Assembly (NCBI GenBank): GCA_965603825.1
Contig: CBFDEM010000011.1
Span: 868,001-932,000 of the forward strand
DNA length: 64,000 bases
From: Blepharisma stoltei ATCC 30299
Taxonomy: Eukaryota; Protista; Ciliophora
Reading direction: 5' to 3'
Part shown: piece by piece, positions 13,322 to 25,929 of the stretch
How the letters are laid out: each line of letters starts with the position of its first letter
How positions within the stretch are numbered: position 1 is the first letter of the stretch
The notes under the pieces: model-generated
What the model was told of the DNA's origin: nothing
Database searches by the model: none
The model's input: only the letters and a program-made list of their open reading frames with translations
Made by a program: the position numbers and the translations under genes

Positions 13322-13501
13322 TCATCATACAATTGACTCTATCAATTGTAAATAGTTCAATATATAAATTTTCTTTAAAAATTTGGTATATAGATTGTAA
13401 GCTTTAGAACCAAAATTGCTAATTATAGGCACTATAACATAATTAGTAATTTCCAAATAAAAAGAATGTCTTAGATACACCTAATATTATTTTTATAAAA
13501 A

Positions 13502-15091
13502 TTACTTTTGAGATGAATTGTACGACGATCTCGAAATTGAACTCATTGGCCTAGGACGAGAAACAGGAGTTCCAGCTTTCGCCTCTGTCTGTGATAATAT
13601 ATTATCTGAAGGTCTACCTATATCAGCACGTGAAAGCCCAAACTTGTAATTTTTCTGGTCAATGCTAAGGGATGATTTCGGTCTTGATCCTGCCGAATAT
13701 AGCCTTTTGCTTTCCGAAGAATTATTGTTGCTGTGAAGTGAGCCATTACTTTGGGCATCAAAAAATGCTGCAGAGTTCTTTTGATACTCTTCAGACTGAA
13801 GGTCTACTCTAGGTATCGGAGGTCTTTGCTTGTTTATTAGCGGAAGATTATTGATTGGAGAGTTGGGGTTTATATCTTTAGAGCCACTATTGTTGAAGAA
13901 CTTTTCAGTGTTTATTTTTAGCTCCTGCTCCATAACAGCTGGAGTTCCTGTTGGACTTGCCAAATAGAACTTATTCAAATTTCTAGTAAAATCTGGATCA
14001 ATTGTATGGGTCGCAACCTGTGGTGCTGCGGTATGCGGTCTTGCAGAAGGCTTTGTAGAAGGTGAAGGCGTTACACCCCAAAAGTTTTCTTCACATCTCT
14101 TGTATCCAGGCTTTTTTGAGGCTTCATTAACTGGCAAATTTGCTTCTTGGTTGACTTCTTCAGTTTGCCAGGTATAAACAGGATTCAGCGGATTTGTTTT
14201 TCTATTTGTTGATATTCCACGTTTTAAGCTTCCAGATTGAGACTTATCAATGTCATTGATTCCGATTCCATCTTTTTGTTGCCTTCTTTCTCTTACTAAA
14301 ACTCCAACAGTCCCTGGCCTTGCTCCGTCAATATCATCAGTGTTTAAATTTGAACGGTGAACTTCTATTTCTGTCTTAATGAGTTTTCTCGGCTTGCTCC
14401 CATCCACAAACCCATAAGGCATTACTTTTCCTTCTTCATTTTTAACTATATATTCTGGGTCAAGAGGGTTCGTCACTCTATTGCTAATTGAGCTGTCACT
14501 TTTTGTTATGTCTCTGGTGTCCATAAAATTAGGCTTAACTAAATGCCTTTCTGGCTTTGGCTTGGCCCCTTCAATATCTCTGACATTCATATTGTCACGT
14601 TGAGCCCATTTGAAGTATTTTTCGGGTTTTGTGCCTTTAATATCGTCAATTGCTATTTGGTCTCTGACGAACTTTGGAGGAGTTACTGGCCTTATTTCAA
14701 AGCTTGGTAGGTTATAGACTGGCTGAAGCGGATTTGTCCCGATTCGAGTAGTGATAAACTCACCTTTTTTAGGGGTTGCTTTATCAATATCATGAGTCAT
14801 CAAGCTAAAATAAGGCTTATTAAGCGGCTGGTGGAGTCTGGCTGGCTTCGTTCTGTCTATATCTTCTGTAAAATTTATAAAATCTGGCTTGTTGATGAAT
14901 TCATAACCTCTTAAATAGGGTTTTGCTCCATCAATATCGCTTGTTTTTAAAGAAATCTGTTCTGACTTGAACCACCTTTTTAGCTTTTTCGGCGCATCAG
15001 CCTCATTAATTGTAGAAAGTGACATCAAGTCCTCTAACTAGGTATTACTTCGATTTGGGAATGGAAAATAACTGCTCAATTGGCCGAGCAT
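13502..15091 (-). CDS. Repeat protein with DIxGxKP and TNPLxPxY motifs (putative cytoskeletal/ciliary)
   Basis: ATG 15091; a 15-nt intron at 15034-15048 (gtaatacctagttag) joins it to the 508-aa ORF. About 7 DI-type repeats and 3 TNPLxPxY motifs. Confidence 0.8.
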
Positions 15092-15390
15092 TTTTAAATT
15101 ATAGTTATGAAATAAAAACTATTGAATAGAAAGATTTGAGGTTGAAAAACAAGAAAAATGATAAATACAGAAATTGGAAAGGAGAGGGAATTATCAAATA
15201 AAAAATTATCCAAAAAATAGTTTCAGCTTCAGCATTTGGCAAGTGCTCAGTGCTTTTCTTCATGTAAAAGATAATAAATTTCATTCTCAGCTATTTAATA
15301 GAATTCATAAAAGTGTGGGTACTTTAAAATAATTTTTGATTAATTTATATGCATAAAGCTTTTAGATAATGCTTATTATTTAGGATCTAT

Positions 15391-15819
15391 TTAATTAACT
15401 AAGTTATACCATCTATCAAAGCATCCAGGACCTTCAGTTTGTACATCTGCCCTTCCTGTTCCTTGTGCAAGAGTTCCATCCTTATTAAGCAGCATTAAAA
15501 TCGGAACTCCTTGGACCTTGAATCTTTTTCTTAAAGAAATATTTCTGCTGTCTCCATAGGGAATTGCAATCCAAGGCACTTGGTTAAAGCTGTCCATAAA
15601 CATCTGCTCATCCTTATCTGAACTGATTTGTATAATCTCTAATCTCTTGTCTGGATAATTAACATCATTATAAAATTCCACTAAAACTGGAGTAAAAGTT
15701 CTGCATGGAGGACACCAATAGGCTGTAAAAAACAGGCAAACTACCTGATTTTTCTCGACATCTGAATAAGTTATTTCTCCATCACGGCTAATAAATGTAT
15801 CCCCGATTACAGATTGCAT
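15391..15819 (-). CDS. Nucleoredoxin/tryparedoxin-like thioredoxin
   Basis: FTAYWCPPCRTFTP, LEIIQISSDKD, WIAIPY and VQGVPIL motifs. Confidence 0.9.
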   Translation of the reverse strand: MQSVIGDTFISRDGEITYSDVEKNQVVCLFFTAYWCPPCRTFTPVLVEFYNDVNYPDKRLEIIQISSDKDEQMFMDSFNQVPWIAIPYGDSRNISLRKRFKVQGVPILMLLNKDGTLAQGTGRADVQTEGPGCFDRWYNLVN

Positions 15820-16217
15820 TTTTTATAAGCAGTTAAATAATTGTTTAGAAAATAAACAGAAGTATTGCTAAATGGCTAGCAACGCTATAACAATAGGAAT
15901 AAGTGAAGCTCTTCAGGCAGGTCTCTAATAAAATCTGAAACAATTCTGTTATACATTTTAATTAATGATGTGCTTATTCTTATGAATCTTTATCTTATAG
16001 CTACTAAATTTTAATAACTAATATGTTATAAAACTCTTCTTAAAATGATATCTTTTACATTTGGATATATATCCTTCACTTAATAAAACTCTAATGAATC
16101 ACTGAAGGATTGTCCAGCTACTTTAGTTGCTATTTTCATCACTTATTTTCTCTATTAGCGCCATTCATCACCTCATAGAATCATAAATTATCCATATATA
16201 AACTAAAAATTAATGCA

Positions 16218-16967
16218 ATGAACCAAAAAGAGCCAATAAAAGTTACTGAAAGAAATTTCGGAATTAACAAAAGGATTCCACCAATAAACCTCAACCTCTC
16301 AAAGTTATCAAATTCAAAAAGCACCCAAGATAACAAGCAATACTCTCATTCTCATGCTCCAATAAGGAACTCTCTCCCATGTTCATCTTCTCCTCATCTT
16401 AAAGAAAAATCAGCAGTAACGGAGCGACAAAACTCCTTAACCCCAATTCTGAACCCTAAAGAAATATCTTCAAGGCTGCTCACAACCAGAGTTTCATTGA
16501 ACCCAAAATCTAAAAGTGCCTTCAGACTGTTGCCTTTAAGGGTCAAGCTTCCAACTGACTATTTCATAGCTTTGACATCCCCAGAAAATGTGACTCAAGA
16601 AAACAGTAAAAATAAGCTTAAGGCACTTGATTCATTATGTGATACAGAACGGAAATTTTTAAAAAAAGCAAAAAATGAATGCAGAGCTGAGAAAAAAAAT
16701 TGTTTAAAGCAATATCGCAACTGTGCTAGGCTGGCCAAGCTTGCTTATGAGTCAAGACTTAAAGAAGCAATTCCACCTGAGTTTTGAGAATTCAGGAAGA
16801 AGATGGCTGAAATGAGGAGGAAAAATAAAGAAAATAAGCATAAAAAAATATATGATTTATTTGGAAACCGAGACTTAGTTTCAGTGTACAGAAATGAACA
16901 GCTTTTTAAAAAGAAATCAGTTAACACGGCTGAAAAGCCAACAAATTTTGCAGCTGGGGAATCATAA
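16218..16967 (+). CDS. Hypothetical basic protein
   Basis: The ORF extends through TGA 16785-16787 to TAA 16965-16967. No recognised domain. Confidence 0.7.
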
Positions 16968-17040
16968 GTGTCGATAATTAATGTCAGCAATAATTAAATG
17001 AAATATATTTACTAATAAACTCAAATTATTTATAAAATCT

Positions 17041-18597
17041 TTATGTTGAATTCAGTTTCTTTTTTGAAATTTTGGTAAGTTTTGGGAGTACATGCCTTCA
17101 GCTCATTTGTTTATCATGATGAAGGTTCAGAGGATACAGCCTATTTTCCCACCTATGGGTAATCATTACGTCCTTAGGACGAGTTATTCCTCATTCGTAG
17201 TAAGAAAACTTTTCTTCTTTGAATTTGATAAATTCAATCTTTTCGAGAACTGAATCAACAATGGACTCCATCCCATTTTGATATTCTTCAAGCTTAGCGG
17301 TATTTTGGCCTTTTGTTATGCTGGAAAATAGACCTCTTCTTATGATTTTATAGAAAACTTTGTCAATCCTCTTAAGCTGAGCGCTGATTTTTGAAGTTAT
17401 AAAATGTATAAACAAAGCAATTATGATGAAAACAGTGATTGCTATTGAAAAAACGACTCAGAATATAATTTTGTAACTTTTTGTAAAGTTGTTAGAAAGA
17501 TCATCCCTAGGCTTCAGGGTATTTTCTTTCTTGGCACAGACCAGCAAATAGTGAGTCACATTGGTTATATCAGCATAGGGGCGAACTGGCTCAATAACAT
17601 AGTAATAAACAGTGCCATTTATATCTTTAAAGGTATTCAACTCAGTGTCGTCAGGGTTTACAACTAAATCGAGCCACTTAGATTGGCTAAGCCCAAGTGT
17701 GACTTCATAAATTTTAGCGGTGGTCCCTAAATAATCTCATGTGGAAGGCTGTATAATATTTATTCCTTTAGGGCTAGTTAGTATGATAAATCCATCTTCC
17801 AATACAGTTACATCCTTAAGTGCCTGATCTAATTCATACAGTGTCACATCTACAGCTGCAACGCTATAAGTTGAACTATTTACTACTAAAGCGGTTGAAA
17901 TTGTAAAAATAGTCGTATTCGTTTCAGTATTCGTGTAAGACTCAGTGACAACTGGGTATCCTTTATATTCATCTGCTTTATAGTACCATTCTTCAACAAT
18001 TGGCGTATATGAGGTGTCTGTGAAAACTTTCCCTGGATATTCATGTATTATTTCATCAGTCGCAAAACCTGTATAAATTGCATAAATTGTGTTGTTTCTG
18101 AATAGAGTGGGATAAAGCTGATCCATTGCTGCATGGTCATTTACAATTTCAGTGCCTTCATCTGATAAAGAGTTTTCGTTAGGAGACATAAAAACTCCTG
18201 TGAGGTAATCTACTGTTTCTCCATACTGATTTTTCACCATCACGTCTGTATTTTTATCATGTCAGACTGGGCTATTTGGCACTATTATTGGCTCGCTGTA
18301 GCCTCTTAATCCTAGCATCATGGCATCTAATTCTCGAATTGAGTAAGCCAAATCAAAATAATTGTTTAAGTATTGCTCTACAACCCTGCCTTTTTCTCTA
18401 GCTAAAATTGTCATTTGATGACTAAGAGAACTTTTGAGAACTGATTCGGATTTGTCTAGCATTTTAGACTTTAGTCAATCTAATTGTGTTTGGGTTATAA
18501 TAACAACGATCAATGATATTAAGAAACCTGTAGTGATGAATGTAAGCTGCAATTGCTGACCTAAAGGTCAAGTTATGTATCTAGCTCTTAGTCCCAT
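17041..18597 (-). CDS. TM-dCache-TM membrane sensor-like protein
   Basis: Four track ORFs join in one frame via TGA=Trp, from ATG 18597 to TAA 17041-17043. N-terminal TM, Cache-like YTPIVEEWYYKA...TESY...TISTAL...VAAVDVTL, second TM (IFWVVFSIAITVFIIIALFI) and a short tail. Confidence 0.82.
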
Positions 18598-19080
18598 TTT
18601 AATTGATAGTAACTGATGAGTAAAATGATGAAATTAAACCAAAAAACATAGAATTCATTGGCCTTGGTTGCCTTCAAAATTTTATAGCAAATTATACTTG
18701 GCAAAATAAATCCCATATTTAAATGAAAATATTAAATTGTAATAATAAAAAAGTGAAATAAATGATGAAATAATATCTCTTCTGATAATGAAGATTAATC
18801 TTCTCTCTGAGCTTTATTTGACTTTTTTATATTTATTTTATAAATAGTCATCAAAAAGGCAAGGGAATCAAATTTTAATCTCAATATTTAATATTTACAT
18901 GTCTCTTAATAGTGATTTGAAATTAGAAAATAAAGACTTTCTTAAAAAACTGATAAAATACCAATAATGAAATAAAGGCTAAACCATAAATCTTAGGTTG
19001 TAATAGTATAGAAATTTGATCAATTAAATCACTGATCATATAAAAAAATTTAAAATTTAATCACTCGATTATAATAAAAT

Positions 19081-20610
19081 ATGGATTTTATCACAAATTC
19101 GATAATTGCCATAGCTTTTATTTTGGCATTTTCAGTGACTAGCATGTAGTTTATCGGGGGAAATTTACTATCTTACTTAAATCAGGGATTCAAGATTAAC
19201 TCTTTTCGCTTCAAGGGAATATTTTCAACGATTCCAATTCCTCCCTTAGTAAACAATAAGCAGCTTGGAATGATATTAGGTGGGATCCTAGTAGGCAACT
19301 TGCTTCACAGCACGGTCTCTAGTCTTGATAAAGCTGTGGCATTACAAATCAGAAACATTTCAATTGCTGTTATCTTAATGAAAGCAGGTCTGGGTCTTGA
19401 TGTCCAAAAATTAAAAGCCTCAAGCGCAGGCATTCTTCGTCTTTCAATAATTCCGCAAGCTTTAGAAGCCTCAGCAATAGCTGTTTTATCATATCTCATT
19501 TTTGATATGTCTTGGGCTTTCGGCTATGCTATGGGCTTTATGATTGCTGCTGTATCTCCAGCTGTGCTCATCCCGTGTTTAAGTGAACTAATCCGCGAAG
19601 GGTATGGTCTGGGCTCTGGAATTCCAAGTATTTTGATGGCCGCAAATAGTCTAGATAATGTAATAGCCATTGCATGTAACTTTAATTTAGTATTTGGAGT
19701 GCTTCTTAACATCGGGTTGGGAGGCTCAGGAGATTCTCTCATTTTTGGAGACAACAATACGGTATATTATACATCAATTGGACCTATAATTGTTTTTGGA
19801 GGGATAATTGCAGGACTTATTTTAGGAAAATTTTACTCTCTTTTAGTGAAGCTAAATGATTGAATAAAAGGAATTATCACAGCATTGGTGTCATATGGAC
19901 TTGTATTCGTTGCCTCTTACCTCAGCATATCTGGCTTAGGATATCTAGGAGTTGTAATCAGCTCAACATTGGCAGCAGCAAAATGGGGAAAAGACTCAAC
20001 AGCCAAAGTAGCTCGGGTGATAACGCTGATATGGAATGTATTTCAATATGCCTTATTTGGATTGGTAGGCACCACTTTTTATTTTCCTCAATTAGCTGGT
20101 GACACAGTCGGTAAATGTTGTGCTATAATCGTTGCAGGATCATTAGTGAGGATTGCTGCTGCTTATTATTCGGTTAGTTGGTGCAAGTTAACAAATAAAG
20201 AAAAAGGGTTCGTTGGGATTGCGTGGCTGCCGAAAGCAACAATTCAAGCTGCATTAGGAGGGGTTTTATTAGCAAAAGCTCAAAGTGATGATAATTATAA
20301 GCAATATAAGGATGATGGGCTTATTATTCTAACTGGTTCGGTGTTTAGCATTCTTCTGACAGCCCCTATTGGCAGTATTCTGCTTACATTGTTTGGACCA
20401 AGGCTGCTTCAGAAGTCTGCAAACGAATTTGAAACTAGCAAAGAAGCTTTTGCCCCTTTGAGAGAATCTGAAGCAAGCGCACAAAGTATCCCAATAACTA
20501 GAGAGAAAAGGATGAGTGAAGAATATATTGAGCATAAGAAATATTATTATATGAGCTCAGAGGACTTAGTAAGATCAGATATTGACTCAATGATGAGAAA
20601 TAGCGTGTAG
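19081..20610 (+). CDS. Na+/H+ antiporter, NHA/SLC9B (CPA) family
   Basis: 15-nt introns at 19135-19149, 19249-19263 and probably 19676-19690. Motifs IPPLLGMIL, AGLGLD, AAVSPAVLIP, SLDNV and AWLPKATIQAALG. Stop TAG. Confidence 0.9.
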
Positions 20611-20731
20611 CTAGAGCTTTATAATTAAATCTTTACTCGTTAAATAATGAAAAATTTCGGTTTCATTAGCAAAATAATTAAATTCCTCTAAAGAACGCAA
20701 TAAAATAAAGCATATATTTAATCCATTTAAA

Positions 20732-21478
20732 ATGGAGCAAATCGAAACTCATTTTCAAGAAACCACTGATAATTTTCATAGCACTATAAGCTCCCTAAGT
20801 TCTGCATGTGAGAATACATTTCTTAAAGAAATTGATCGTGATTCAGACATCGGCGATTCCATTCGTGAAGAAATTGAAAAAAAGTACAAGAAATCGTCTG
20901 TCAATTCTAACTACATATTCCCTAGGCAAAAACGGCAAAGGTCTAAAACAAGCATCCATAAATTTTTGCCGTCTCCAAATTCAAGTTCAATCAAGCAGCA
21001 TTTAACATTTGAGAAATCTCTCCCCATCATCAATAAAGGGCCAAAAACTCAAAATGACACAATCCCTCCTTATCCCTCAAATAAATCAAAAATGATCCTT
21101 TCAAGCTATAAAAAAACAAATTTGATTGATAAAAGAAATTATGCGACAATCTATGATAATTCAAATAATTATAAAAAAATAAGCATGAAGCAGGCTTCTC
21201 AGAAACGAATACCAATTCATGAAAGAACTAAAAGTGAAGCAGTTAGATCTAGAACCCCTGCATATCCTTTAAGAGAAAAATCACCTGAAAAGTCTCCACC
21301 GAAGTAAAATGTATTTAGAAATATCCAAATGAAATCAAGTGTTAAGTCTTTGTCAAAAGAAAATCCTTACAGAATAACAACTAAAGTTTCACGAGTTTCA
21401 ATGAAATCTTCTCAGCATCACTATGCATACTCGGTGGAGGATTTTGTGTATGTTCCTGCTGTGTATTATGGGAAATAA
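20732..21478 (+). CDS. Hypothetical Ser/Lys-rich protein
   Basis: The apparent TAA at 21305 lies in a 15-nt intron, 21304-21318 (gtaaaatgtatttag). The frame resumes to TAA 21476-21478. Confidence 0.7.
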
Positions 21479-21541
21479 TTAATTTGTTTTTATATAGATT
21501 ATATAGAAATAACTTATAGAACTCTTTATTTGCGTTGCAAA

Positions 21542-22273
21542 CTAATCATAATTAGTTATTGGGAGCGTAAGTCCCTTATATCCAGGGGTTCTTAGTTGAG
21601 TCATATTGTTTATAAGTCTTCTATGCTCCACTCTGAATCTTTGAGCCCAAGGTTCCTGCATAATTCTGTCGAACCAAGCCCACAAATTAGAAAAGTCTTC
21701 TCCTTCCACAAGAGGACTCCAGAACTGATCTTTCCAAGCAACAATTCTTTCAACAAATGGAAGTAAAATAATATCAGCAAAAGTTAATTCATTTCTTCCC
21801 AGAGTTTTGGTCATCAGATATCCGCCTCCTTCAACAAGTCCATTAATAGTTCTCAATATTTTCTTAACTGCTTCAATTTGTTCAGGAGTTCCAGTTGTTT
21901 TGAAATGAGGGAAAAGAGTGGCAGGCAGCGCATCAGCAACAAGTTTTACGTTAATGTCAATTAAGGCTTTTTCTACAGGATTGATTGAGCCGTCAGGTCT
22001 TCTTGGGTAAAGAGCAGGGCCTGGGAACGAATCGAAATATTCAGCAACATTGATTGACTCATAAAGGTGGTATTCTCTTCCGTCCTGAATAACTTTGAGA
22101 GATGGGACTTTTCCTAATGGATTGACTTCGAGAAGGAATGATGGCTTATCAACTAAATCCGCTTCTGTTATCTCACATTGTATCCCTTTATAGGCTAGTG
22201 CGTATAAAGCTCTCTGAGCATAGGGGCACAAATAATGAATAATCAGCTGTATTCTTTCAGGATTAGTTGTCAT
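21542..22273 (-). CDS. Glutathione S-transferase, omega class
   Basis: CPYAQR, NPLGKVP, YESINVAEYFD and TFADIILLPFVER motifs. ATG 22273 (MTTNPER). Confidence 0.9.
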   Translation of the reverse strand: MTTNPERIQLIIHYLCPYAQRALYALAYKGIQCEITEADLVDKPSFLLEVNPLGKVPSLKVIQDGREYHLYESINVAEYFDSFPGPALYPRRPDGSINPVEKALIDINVKLVADALPATLFPHFKTTGTPEQIEAVKKILRTINGLVEGGGYLMTKTLGRNELTFADIILLPFVERIVAWKDQFWSPLVEGEDFSNLWAWFDRIMQEPWAQRFRVEHRRLINNMTQLRTPGYKGLTLPITNYD

Positions 22274-22378
22274 CTTTATTATTATAAAATTGTAATGGAT
22301 GCCCTCCAACATTTATCATAATAAATTTGTTGACATATTTTAATATTAAAATTTTTCTTGATATTGGTTGGTTAAGAA

Positions 22379-23110
22379 CTAATCATAGTTAGTTAAAGGA
22401 AGGCTAAGACCCTTATATTCTGGGCTTCTTCTACCGATGATCCATTTTGCGATCCTTCTCGGGTCTGCTCTCATAGCCTGGCCCCAAGGCTGTTCTATTA
22501 GGTTTTCAAACCAAAACCATAAGTTCGATAAATCTTCTCCATCTACAAGTTCTCTTCAAGCTCCGTCTTTTAGTGCATGAAGTCTCTCGACCATAGGCAA
22601 TAAAACGATATCTGACAAAGTCAATTCATTTTTCCCTAAAATCTTCGTCATTAGGAATCCTCTATTTTCAAGAATTTTATCAAGATTTTTTAGTAATTTT
22701 CTTGTCACTAAGATTTGTTCTGGAGTTCCAAATCCTTTATAATAAGTCGCAAGATTTTGAGTAGCTGCATCAGAGACCTGCCTAATATTTAAATCTACTA
22801 ATGTTTTTTCTATTGGATTTACTGTACCATTTGGAAGTCTTGGGTATAGAGGTGGGCCAGGAAATGAATCGAAATATTCTGAAACATTTATTGACTCACA
22901 TATATGATACTCTTTTCCAGATTGGATAACTCTTGCAGCTGGAACTTGTCCTAAAGGATTAACCTCAAGGAATCATGATGGCTTTTTCGTAAGATCTACT
23001 TCTATTATTTCGCATTGGATACCTTTATAAGCTAGTGTATATAAAGCTCGCTGAGCATATGGACACAAATAATGAACAAACAGTTGCAATTTCTCAGGAG
23101 TAATTGCCAT
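22379..23110 (-). CDS. Glutathione S-transferase, omega class, tandem paralogue (absent from the ORF track)
   Basis: ATG 23110 MAITPEKLQLFVHYLCPYAQR...NPLGQVP; same 732-nt length as its neighbour; internal TGA=Trp; ends LTNYD-TAG. Confidence 0.9.
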
Positions 23111-23189
23111 TCTAACTAAATTTTTATTGGGATTTATTTCTCCAGATCTGTAATTTTAAAATTTAATAGTAAAGTGATTTTTGAGGAAT

Positions 23190-24710
23190 ATGGATATGAT
23201 AGGGATTGCAAGGAGCAAGCTCCTAAGGGATCTTGAAAACCAAAAAGGTAACTCTGAGTTGTTACTGCCAGACCTTTTCCTTGGAGATAATGCTTGTGAT
23301 GCTATTGCAAAATTCATTATAGAAAATCCAAAGATCAAGAAGTTGGAGTTAAAAGGAAATAATATAGGATCTGAAGGAATAAAGCACATTTCAGCTGTAT
23401 TCCAGCTACCAAATGAAATTGAAAGTGCTAACTTTCAATGGAATAATTTAGGCTCAGATGATTCCTTGAAACATTTATGCAGTGCACTATCATCAAATAA
23501 TTCATTGAAATTTTTGGATTTGAGAAACAATAAAATTACCTGTGAAGGTGCATCTGAAATAGCTGATATGATAAGAAATAATAGCACACTTATAGGAATT
23601 GATTTAAGGTGAAATGACATTGATAGGCAAGGAGGAGAAGAACTTCTTTCATCAATAGATGCACAAAGTACTATCCAATGCATAGAGCTGTCAGGAAATC
23701 ATATCCCATTAGATATTCTCGGAGAAATAGATGCAAAACTACGTGCTCGGCGTAGTGAAGGAGTTTCCATCATAAAAACACCTGAAATACGCTCAATAAG
23801 AACATCGAGAACTCACAGCCCATGCCCAGAAAGCAGAAGATCTGAAAAAATCCCAAGAATAGACAGTCTAATTGAAATAGAAAAAAGAAAAGCAAACGAA
23901 ACAAAAATTTTGATTGAAAAAGAATTAGAAGAACAGAAAGCTATGAGAGAATTCGCAGAGAAGAAAATGAATGATCTGCGAGATGAAATCGCTGAAAGAG
24001 AAAATAAAGACCGTAGAAGAATTGAGGAGCTAGAATTTAAGCTCCAAGCTGCAAATGATGAAAAAAATATACTGAAATCTGAGCTTCTTAAAAGTAGAGA
24101 ACTGCATGATCAGCTTGTATCTTCATATGAAGACAAAATCGCAAAATATGAAGAAAGGATAAGCCAAGCTAAAAATAGCAAGCAAGAGATTGATAACGAA
24201 GAATTCAGAGAAATCGAGACACTTAAGCAGGCTCATAAAATAGAGTTAGAAGAAAATGCAACAGCTTATGAGCAAAACTTAAATTCGCTTCAAGAATCTT
24301 ATACAAAGGCTAAAAGAGAATATGAAAATGCTCATAAGGAACTTAAACAACTTAAAACAGATATGCTTGATATGAGGATTTCACATGAAACTTCACTTAA
24401 AGAATGTGAAATACAAATTCGTGAGGAGATAACGCAGCAATACTCATTGGATAAAAAATATCTTGAAGAGAGGGTTAATGTTCTCCAAGAAAGAAATGAT
24501 CAGCTGATGAAGCGAGAAGAAGAACTCCAAAATGATATTTCAGAAATGAGAAGTGAATTTTTGCAGAAAGAATCAAATTTAAAGCAGCAGCTTACAGTTA
24601 AAGATAAGCAAAGCTCGGACTTGCAGTACCAACTTAAATCTCAAAGAGAAAAAATTGATGTTTTGAACTCTGAAATTTTAATATTGAAGGCAAAATTAGG
24701 GCAGAGCTAA
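23190..24710 (+). CDS. LRRC45: LRRC45-like leucine-rich-repeat plus coiled-coil centrosomal protein
   Basis: RI-like LRRs LELKGNNIG, FQWNNLG, LDLRNNKI, IDLR-W(TGA)-NDI and IELSGNHIP, followed by a long coiled coil. One frame to TAA 24710. Confidence 0.8.
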
Positions 24711-25163
24711 ATTAATCGAGTATTAAAGTATATATAATTTTCAGTAAATTCAGTCTTTTGAGTAAAAATTCAAATGGAGTTCCATGAAATAAGTTATCAT
24801 ATTAATAAAATAGGTAAATTATAAATGAAGGCAAAATAGGCTCTTTTGTTAATAGATAATTCGAATATTAGGAAAATAAAGAGCACTTTTACAGCAGAAT
24901 AAGATTAAATTTTTGTATTTATATTACTTAACGTAAGTTCAAGAAATTCATTCTAACAATATTTCGCCAACAAAAATTTATCTTTCTAATTATTGCTAAA
25001 TAATTATTATGTAAATGAAGATATTAATTTAATTTATCATTGATTTAATTTTATTTGTGTAAATTGCTTTTAATCCTTCGATATCTGCGATTTAGGATGC
25101 AAACAGATTATATATCTTGATAATTTATCTCAAGATACAGTATCTATCTAATATTTATTACCA

Positions 25164-25598
25164 ATGATTGATGAATTTACTTTTCGTGAAAACCAAGTCC
25201 CTTTAAATTCTCTAGATGATGATAATTCTGCATCAGTCCCGACAACAGCTGCTCATTCAAGGCAGGTTTCGCAAGATTTGTCGAAAAAAGGGCTTAAACG
25301 TCTTATGAACGTTGGCAAGACCGTCGCTTATGAGATTAGAACTAATAATTTTAAACCGCCCCCAACTAAAACTTATAGAAATTTCGTGTCGAACGACTAC
25401 GAAAACCTTGTCCTTGAGCAAACTGGGATCAAGTTGAGACAAGGAGAAATTAAGATGGCTTACCCAAAAGATGTATTATCAAGTAATCAGATTAGGGAGC
25501 TAAAGATAAATAATCCAGCAGAGTATGAAAGGTTAAAAAGAAATCAATTCAAGACCGTCGCTAAGTCAAGAAAACGAAGGTCTTGTGAGATTTTTTAA
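25164..25598 (+). CDS. Hypothetical protein
   Basis: Intact 144-aa ATG-TAA ORF with coding-like composition between AT-rich spacers. Confidence 0.65.
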   Translation: MIDEFTFRENQVPLNSLDDDNSASVPTTAAHSRQVSQDLSKKGLKRLMNVGKTVAYEIRTNNFKPPPTKTYRNFVSNDYENLVLEQTGIKLRQGEIKMAYPKDVLSSNQIRELKINNPAEYERLKRNQFKTVAKSRKRRSCEIF

Positions 25599-25929
25599 TG
25601 TGTGTACTCAAAATTAATTAATTAATGCATTGCACTTGTTAATTGTTGACAAAATTGATAAAAATGTTTTGCATTTAAATTATTAGTTATTGGAAAAATA
25701 GAAAAATCAACAGAAGCTTTATAATAATTCAAGCATATTTTTATATTATACTTTGAAATAAGTATGGAGTATTAAAGGGAGTTTTTGAAAAATTAAGTTA
25801 ATGAGCTTGAATTTTTTCTAAGCTAAGCTTTCGGGAAATAATTATATGAAGCTCAAATTTTATATAATTATAATCAAATTAGATTCAATTATATTTCCTA
25901 AAATAGATGATATATAGGCATTCATATGT

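Noticed and set aside
11159-18597. Bacterial origin or contamination suggested by the histidine kinase and Cache genes
   Set aside because: They use TGA=Trp, are interleaved with intron-containing eukaryotic genes, and the kinase paralogue has a spliceosomal intron.
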